From: Azolla caroliniana
Taxonomy: Eukaryota > Plantae > Polypodiophyta
Assembly: GCA_043228905.1 (NCBI GenBank)
Contig: JBHGNT010000017.1
Location: forward strand, 992,001-1,056,000
DNA length: 64,000 nt
Direction of reading: 5' to 3'
A program made the translations under genes and the position numbers. This document shows, one piece after another, positions 55,891-64,000 of this stretch. The number at the start of each line of letters is the position of its first letter. The first letter of the stretch is position 1. Below the pieces are notes generated by a model. It did no database searches and was not told the DNA's origin. It worked only from the letters and a program-made list of their open reading frames with translations.

Positions 55891-56586
55891 GATTGATGGT
55901 AGTCCAAACCACATTTGTTTTTGTATAGAAGTAGATAATTGCATGTCCTAACATGTCCTAGTTGTATAGATGAAAGGAATGTGTCTGTTGGAACAAATGG
56001 AAGGTTGAGCCCAAATCGGGTATGGATATGCTATTTTCTCTCTGCTTTCATCCTCCAATTGGACATTTCATGCGAGTGCTTTATGAGTCGCTGGCAATTC
56101 AGTGTTCTGTGTGCCCAATTTCCGTCTCTTTTGTGAGATTTATATCTTGTATTGTATTTAGTTACAGTTGCTTTGTAAGATGTATGGTAAGGAGCATTTT
56201 TCTTATGTTATAATTTCAGTTTGAAAAAATGTATTTGTTGTGCCAGGAACATTAAGCCAGTGTTGAAAGGAGGATGACTTTTAAAAGTGAATTGCACCAC
56301 ATTATCATGCTGAGCTTTGACTAGACATTCATGTCACACAAACTATATGTTTGTTCCTTCAAAAGTTGCTGTGTTTTGGACATTGTTATGTGTTTGCCAC
56401 AATTTAATGAATTTCCTCCACTTTCTAGGCAATCAAATTTTGTGTAGCATGTAGTGAAGTAGTCGTGTCCTTCATAATGTCATGGCTTTCCTATCGACCT
56501 GATTCGTGGCTTGATTAGGATGTTGGGCTAGTTAAGTCTTAATTGGTGCTCGCTCTTGCTGGTATGATTGAAACCTTAGTATGAAC

Positions 56587-56808
56587 CATACGTGCATTCG
56601 CATCCGTGAATGGTTCAATCATTCGCGAAAGAAAAACTCCCTCAAAGAATGATAAATACCATACTTTTGGATTAACTATTTATTATGAGGTAGATAAGCC
56701 TAAAAATGAAAAAAAAGAACACAAGAATGTTTGCATAACATTCGCATTCGTTTTCCAACGTAGGAAAACGAATGTTATACTAGACGAACACGAATTTTAC
56801 GTACTATG
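56587..56808. mobile_element. ~220-bp dispersed repeat (MITE-like), copy 2, inverted relative to 11274-11513
   Basis: catacgtgcattcgcat...ttacgtactatg is collinear with the reverse complement of copy 1. Confidence 0.65.
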
Positions 56809-59708
56809 ATTGAAACCTTGTCATTGGAAAAATATTTGTCCCAAACCGAAGTATTAATGCTTGGGTGTTTTTCAATTTGGTTAGGTTAAAATAAAGTACT
56901 AGAAAATAATTTTCTGGGTATTTCGAGGAGATTGACATTGTCAGCTATGAAAAATGGTTAGGATAGTCTAATGTTATGTGCGCTACATTGGCTACTTTAC
57001 ATGTTTGGTTGAGTGTGGGTTTAAGGCATGCACCGTAAGTCTATATATTGAGGTGGGACAAGGTGTGCAATTTCATTTGTCCTTGTGTGGAAAGATAGGC
57101 CCTATTGTGTATAAAAACGCCATCTTAATCAATCTGCAAACATTGTCAATACACTCATATTGCTTTTTTTTATGAAGAAAAGAACATTCTATTGAGTAAT
57201 CGTGTTGTCATTATGTTTTCTTATGGCTTTTTTAAAGGACATACAATTCATAATGTTAAATTTATGAATGTGTACTATTTGGAATATCGCTTTCTTATGA
57301 AGAAAAAATTTGGAATATCGTTGTCTTATGAAGAAAAAAACATTGTTAGCCACAATGCTCTATGGATGACTCTCTCATAGGTCATGTCCCCCATGGAAGA
57401 AGCACATTCACAATTGAGATTGTTGAAGAGCCAATATGATGGCCTTAAGGGCGGCTTCGAGGGAGTTGAAAGACAACGAATAGCCTTCATCCAATAATGG
57501 TCGTCCTCTCCCTTGAGTCAGTGGGCATCCACAAGATGGAGCTATCGCGTCCCCTCAGGGATTTGTACATAATCGTCTCATTTGTAAAATTTTATAACTA
57601 ATGGAAGGAGTTCTTTTTTGAAAAAAAAGAGAAATAATAATATTATTATTATTATTTGCATATGAGATGTAGATAGCATCAATATTTTTAATGTGATTCA
57701 ATATCTTTTGGAGAACCCTCTATGTATGACAATGAAAGAGTTTATGATACTGGTATGAAGTTACAATATGGAGTCAATATAAATTTTACCAATATGCAAA
57801 GGGAATGTTGTTATAATTAAAAGTATTGGTTAACTCTTACATACCTAAGAATAAGGCTCATTATTGACAATGGATTCATGATCAAATCATAACCTTTTGA
57901 AAGAGTAAACATTAATAAAATACATATATAGAGTTTAGAAACATGGGTTTCTTGACCATAATTTGAATCGTTGCTTGTTAGTGAACGCATTTTCAATAAG
58001 ATCAAATCTAACAAGATTATCATAGAATTCCATGTACCAAATTAATCTAAAGTACATGCACTATAGTAAACTAAGGCAACCAAGTATCATATTGCTAGCA
58101 CTGCGATCGATTGCATGTGCCATGAATTGAAATTATTATGGCTTGTATATACTTAAAGACGAATAGTACTAGGTGCAGACAATGTTTTCATATATCACTC
58201 TAGATTTCCCTTGCCCTAGACAAATATAAACATTGTGGAAAATATATGAGTTGTTGTGGTTCGATGAATTTGTCTAGCTTGTTCTAATCAATATTATCTT
58301 GAAATGAACCAAGGAGTTCATTATATTATTTTCTTTAGACCATTACACTAACTCTACTTGTTAATGTTAATTAAAATAGAATCTTTAATAGAAACTAAAA
58401 GTGTTGTTGTTGTTGTGGCTCTAGGATTTGTCTACTAACAGCTTCATTGTGTGGCCAATTTGATATGGGTTTCTTAGGGGGGGGTCTCAAAAACAGGTAA
58501 ATGCATATTACAAGCATATGTTTAGGAGCAAATGATGATTTCTAGCTAATAAACACCAATGTTGTATGATGAGAATATAGGGTTTCGAAGCAAAGACCAT
58601 TGCTTGGGACATAACAAGTTAGATTTCGATGCAAAGACTAATACCAAAAACACACCACCATGCTCAAATATATGGGCATTAAGTTTAACAGCGAGCGAGA
58701 CCTTAGAGTTGAAAAAGAGTACCGGGTAGGGAATTCGGAAGTCTAAAAGTCCCCGATATGACAAGACAAAGGCTATGCTTGTCACGCTTATATTTCTCAA
58801 AGATAAAAACTATCCCAGCTTTTTTTGACCGGAGAATATACGCTACTATGAGTACGAGGGGCACATTTGAGATTAGGGTAGAAAATACATTTTGACTACA
58901 TACTACAATTTGGTGTGCATTTGGTCCTCGGTCGCACAAGGGCAGCAACTAACTAACAAGCATTCCAAATTTAGTGCCCTTTGAAAGGCTCTCTCTCTCT
59001 CTCTCTCTCTCTGTGGAAGGAAAGAAACAACAAAAACAAGAAGACAAAAATGGAAGAAGAAGAAGAAGAAGAAGACGGTCAGAGAATGGGGACTAGTAAA
59101 AAAAGAACCTATTTTACATTAGATATATATATATATATATATATATATAATGTATCATGCGGTTTGGAAGGTTGGAATAATATTGTGTGATGGATTTGAC
59201 AGATCAATAGAAGAAGCAGAAGACATGTTTTGATTCTCTCTCAGGAAAAGGAAAACTCATCTTCCATTCATTTATGACTTGTGGGGGGGCCTCACTTCTC
59301 TCCTGATCTCCATTCCACCATCATCATCTTCTTCTTCATCAATTAAGAAGAAGCAGGAAAGACCTCCCTCTTCTTCTCTCAATACAACCCATCTTCCATT
59401 TCAAGACTTAGATTCAATTGTCCTCCTCACCATCATCCTTACTCATTTTCATCAAATCTTCTAGAAGAAGAAAACGAAGATTGATTCTCTCTTAGGAACC
59501 CATCTCCCACCCTCTGTTTTTAAGACTTGGGGATTCGATTATCTTCCTCCCCGTTATCATTTTGTTTGCATCAAATTAGAAGAAGAGGGGGAAACAGAAG
59601 AATTTTGATTCGCTCATATAACCCATCTTCCATCTTCCATTTTAAGGCTTGGGTTAAATTCCCAGGATCCCTACTCCATCATCATCATCATCATCATCAA
59701 TAAAGTCA

Positions 59709-61593
59709 ATGGCGTTGGAGGTGTTAAAGAAGCACGCCTCTTTCTTCATCAGAGAGAAATTGAACGAGGCTCGCCTTGCTCTCACGGGCGTCTCTCAGAT
59801 TGAGCTGTATGTTTGCCCGTTTTCTCTTTCATTCATTTCTTCATCGATTCACACATTCATTCATCCATTCATTTTTCTTCTTCCTTTATTCTCATGCTCT
59901 TATTTTCTTCGGGTTTAGGATTTAGGGTTTAGGGTTTGTATCTCATGTCTGTATGTTTGCAAAAAGCGAGGAAAAATCTGAATGTGTGTGTTCATTACTG
60001 AAGCGGTTCATGATTCCATTAAATGCATAGGTTGACTGAGGAAGCAACAAATGAGGATCCGTGGGGTCCAGAGACGAAGACCATGGCTATGGTAGCAGAG
60101 GCAGCTTTTGAACTAGAGGAATATGAGAGAATTGTGCAAGTACTACACAGTAGGTAAGTAACCAAAGATATTCTTGTAACGTCTTGAGGCACTATACAAA
60201 AAGAAATATCGTTGACACAAGTAAACAGGAACCAGTTTTCCAAACTAGAACGCCGTCGCCATTAGAAGCACCAAGGGCAATCAGAACCAATACTAGACAT
60301 AATCGTTAAATATGTGTTTAACGATTCAGATATGTGTCTGAATCTTTAAAGTTTTTAGATTGTGTGAGGTAGCAAAGATTCAGATATAGAACTCTTTATA
60401 TCATTTGGCGTTTGATCCTTTTTTATACTTCTGAAGCTAGTTTTGCTAACATATCAGTATTATTTTTCATAGCACAAGCAGCTTTTGACATCCATTTAAG
60501 TTTACTTCACTTGCGGAAAATTTCAATGAAACTATCTCTTCTTGCACCTGCACAGGAATTGTTTGTTTTTCTCCATTATCTTGGTTTTCAAAATTGAAAC
60601 ATGAGTTTGTAAACTTCTCCTGATTATTTTTAAAAACGCACTGTTAATTACTATGTGGGGATGTGATGTATATTGATCTATTGTGTAGATTGCTCAAGTG
60701 CAAAAAAAAAGTAATATTGAGTTTGATATGAAGTTCATTGTTCAAATTAAGGTAGGAATCAGCCAAAATTAAAGTAAAGTTCCCTAGGATTTAGGGTGGC
60801 ATTATAAGTATATGTAAGCTACTACATCACATTGCATAGTAGTGTCAATTTTCTTAGCACTTTCCATTTATTATTCAGGCTGGAGAGGAATCAAAAAACG
60901 TCGTGGAGACAGCTTTATAAAACACTTGTTGTGCTGGAATATCTTCTTGTACGCGGCCCATATAGCCTAGCAAATGAGTTTACTAATGTCATGTCTCGTT
61001 TAGAAGACCTCTCTCAATTCCAATTTATAGACCATCAAGGGTAACCAAATTTTTCACTTTGTAAATTATAACTAGTTTTCTTTGCGTAAACCATGATTCA
61101 TGTGGCTGTGTGTTTCATGTCCAGATTCGACAAAGGTTCTATGGTCAGGAAAAAGGCTGAAAGAGTACTAGAGTTATTGAATGATCCCAAATTTTGGAAG
61201 GAAGAAAGATCGCGTGCTCCTAAAGTGTCAGGTGGCATCGAAGGATTTGGTAGTACAATGAATGCTACTAGGTCAGAAGATCCCAAAGAGAGATTTTCAG
61301 CTAAAAATGACAGTATCAGTTTTCACAACAAAGGACTGTCAGGTAATATTAATACTAGGTTAGAAACTTCTGAACAAAGATTTTCAGGAAAAAAAACTAT
61401 ATCAATGCAAGATAGGCATAGTGAACATGCCATACTCTTAAACAAGGATGAATCAAAGTCATACGATAGAAGTATAAGCTGCCCAAGTGATTACCATGAC
61501 ATGCTACTTGAAGATGTTACAAATGCATTATTGGGCACAGAATCTGATGTCTCACTAGCAAGACTTTCTACTCAAAAATCAAAAATTTTCTAG
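59709..61593 (+). CDS. ENTH-domain (epsin-like) protein, 4 exons (59709-59806, 60031-60153, 60879-61040, 61125-61593)
   Basis: LKKHASFFIREKLNEARLALTGVSQIEL / LTEEATNEDPWGPETKTM / WRQLYKTLVVLEYLLVRGP / FDKGSMVRKKAERVLELL; GT-AG introns keep the frame. Confidence 0.92.
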
Positions 61594-62860
61594 GTCATTG
61601 ATATGGTGCCTTACCTTTTTGAAGCAGATCGTGAGAAGTTATGATGTAATTTTCTGTCACCATTCTATCCATGTCTAAGAATCGTGCCTTGATTCAACAA
61701 GTTCACGTTGATTCTGGCTCAGACTTTTTCAAGAAGCAGTTTAGATATTTGTATATATGGAAGAAGGCTTGCAAAGACTTGATTATGGGTTGTAAACTTG
61801 AGTTGTGTTCCACAACCCTTGCAGCAATGTGCCATATTTTTAATAGGGTTTGAGCCCTTGCCCTTCACTCGGATAGACTTGTATATAATCTTTTAATTTG
61901 TATGTTCATTTTGTGGTGATCAAGTTGGCTAATTACCCATTACAATAAGTTATGCAAGCTTCCCAGTGGAAAATATATATGCTCAGAAGGGGATGTAATT
62001 GTCAAATGGCTATTCGCTCACTCAGATCGGAACTTTTGATTAAAGTTCCTGATTGTGCACACCTCAGAAAGAAATCTGGACGACATATTTTTTATGAGTT
62101 GGCCCAAAACTAAGTGTATTCAGCTCCATAATTAATGTTTGTCCATTGCTTTGGAGGCTTCACAAGTTGCTATATTGTTGTTACTCATATGCCCCAAACA
62201 CTCACAATGAAACCTCAATAATACCACCTACCACAACACCTACCCTCACTCGTTACATAAACACGCCTCTAAGAGGGTATGAACAACTTTGGTGGATATC
62301 TTTGGTTCAAAAGTGAATGCCACGTAGGTTCATGTTGTAGAAATGCTTATGTTTCAGTTTCAACTCTTATTAAAGTAGTTAATATTTTGCTGAAAGCTCA
62401 TTTTGAGTCATGTAAGTTAATGTAGCATGAGACTCTTGATCAGCACATGTTGTAAATAGTGAAGTAAATGTGTGATTGGATTGACCAAAACATACTGTGG
62501 AGATAAGGCATTTTCATATGGAAAGGTCTGAAAGTAGGTTATTGGTCAATATGTAGGTTATCAGTCTGAAAGCAGCCTTTACCAGGGATTCCAGAGTGTA
62601 TCTCAGTCTGAAAGCAGCCCTTCTTTAGGTTCTATTTGTACATGATCATGGGATCATGACCACAATACTAGCATTTCCTCAAACTTGTACATGTTGACAT
62701 GCTCTGAATTGCAGTACAATGCGACCTTGATGGAAGACATAAATACAAACAACCTTTGACTACCACATTCTTCGCAGATTTGAGATCTTGTCTGATATCT
62801 TAACCAAGATTTGGGAACTTTAACTCAAGCTATTTTTTCTTCACATGATCAATCATTCAT

Positions 62861-64000
62861 TCATTCAGAAGTATCTGATAGCAATACATATGGTGCAGAC
62901 AAAGTTGGCTCCAACTTCATAATATGCTCAGCAGCATATTGTGCTCGCTCCTTATCAGCACCATGTGTCCTACATGCCCCAAGAAAGGCCTTCCATGCCA
63001 CCACCTCATTAGAAACTCTCACATCTTTCAATAATGCCTCTGCTTCATCTAAGTGTCCAAATCTTCCAAAAAGATCGATCATGCTAACATAATGTTCACC
63101 TGATGGTGAAATGCCATAATCTCTAGTCATGGAAGCAAAGTAAAACTTCGCTTGCTTTACCAATCCTGCATGGCTGCAAGCATGCAGAACACTCACAAAG
63201 GTTATTGCATCTGGTTGAAAAGTTGGAGAGCCTCTTCCCCCAGTCCATGTTGAGCATATGCATTGATAATGATATTCCAACATATAACGTTTTTATCTGA
63301 GATCTTACTGAATACCTTGGAACTGTTGTCCAGATCTCCACATTTTCCATACATATGCACAACAGCTCTTGCGATGATTGTATCGGATTCGAACCCATTT
63401 TCTGTAAGATTCTTGTGAACCAGTTTGCCATCATCTAAAGAGGCTATGTTACCACATGCACCAAGGACACTGATGAAAGTGATATCATTGGGTGCCGCCT
63501 CCTCATCATCTACCATTTGAAAATATAGTTGAATTGCCTTGTTGCTGTGCCCATGCTCTTGATATGCACTGATCATTGCATTCCATGAAATGATAGCACG
63601 ATGATTAGACATTCTACAAAATGAGATTTCCGCATCATCTAGACTACCACATTTGCTGTACATAGTGATTAGAGCATTCCCTACAATACTATATTGCTCA
63701 AAACCTGCATCAATGATATTAGCATGTATGCTCCTACCTTTCTGGAGGTCAGAGCACCCATCGATAGCAGCACTAAATGTATAATCATCTGGATCAATTC
63801 CTTTCAGTTTCATTTGGTGAAGGAATTTGAGAGTGTCAAAGCTATGCAAATAATATAAGTATGCAGAAAGCAAAGTGTTCCAGGTCACAAGATCTCGCTG
63901 GGACATTCTATTAAATACACTTTCTGCTAGTTCAAGATTTCCACACCTACTATACATACTCACAAGTGCAGTTCCAATGACGACATCCATCTCAACACCG
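62861..64000 (-). pseudogene. PLS-class PPR gene (5' end beyond the window) ending in a partial E domain, frameshifted at ~63210
   Basis: PPR motifs (ALVSMYSRCGNLE, WNAMISAY, NAYAQHGLGEEALQLFNQMQ*) continue in another frame as QPDAITFVSVLHACSHAGLV...HYVSMIDLFGRFGHLDEAE...PYVLLS. No DYW domain seen. Confidence 0.88.

Noticed and set aside
56266-56318. Additional C/D snoRNA (aggatga...ctga)
   Set aside because: Too short, with a degenerate C box and only an 8-nt rRNA match not adjacent to a D box.

Overview
Nuclear DNA of a land plant, AT-rich with GT-AG introns. It is probably a seed-free plant such as a fern; this is inferred from gene style and from snoRNA guides that fit non-angiosperm rRNA sequences as I recall them. 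Intact genes: a DIVARICATA-like two-SANT/MYB transcription factor (120-3165), plastidic GAPDH GAPCp (16016-20196), an 827-aa orphan repeat protein (21950-24433), a MOR2/PAG1/FURRY scaffold (35231-51714) and an ENTH-domain protein (59709-61593). Broken genes: a Cullin-1 pseudogene on the minus strand that the ORF track shows only in scraps (about 4253-9830), and a frameshifted PLS-class PPR gene at the right edge. Mobile DNA: a young full-length Ty1/copia element (28524-34090) with two disabling lesions, Ty3/gypsy and possible hAT remnants, and a roughly 230-bp dispersed repeat present twice. The ORF track does not explain 53440-55650. This is a telobox/TATA-driven polycistronic non-coding locus with three C/D snoRNAs (an 18S Cm1272-equivalent guide, U43, snoR16-like), a three-hairpin H/ACA candidate, and an unidentified, extensively base-paired 640-nt segment ending in ACA+3 nt. 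That last segment is the best candidate for something undescribed. All rRNA target sequences are recalled, not searched.
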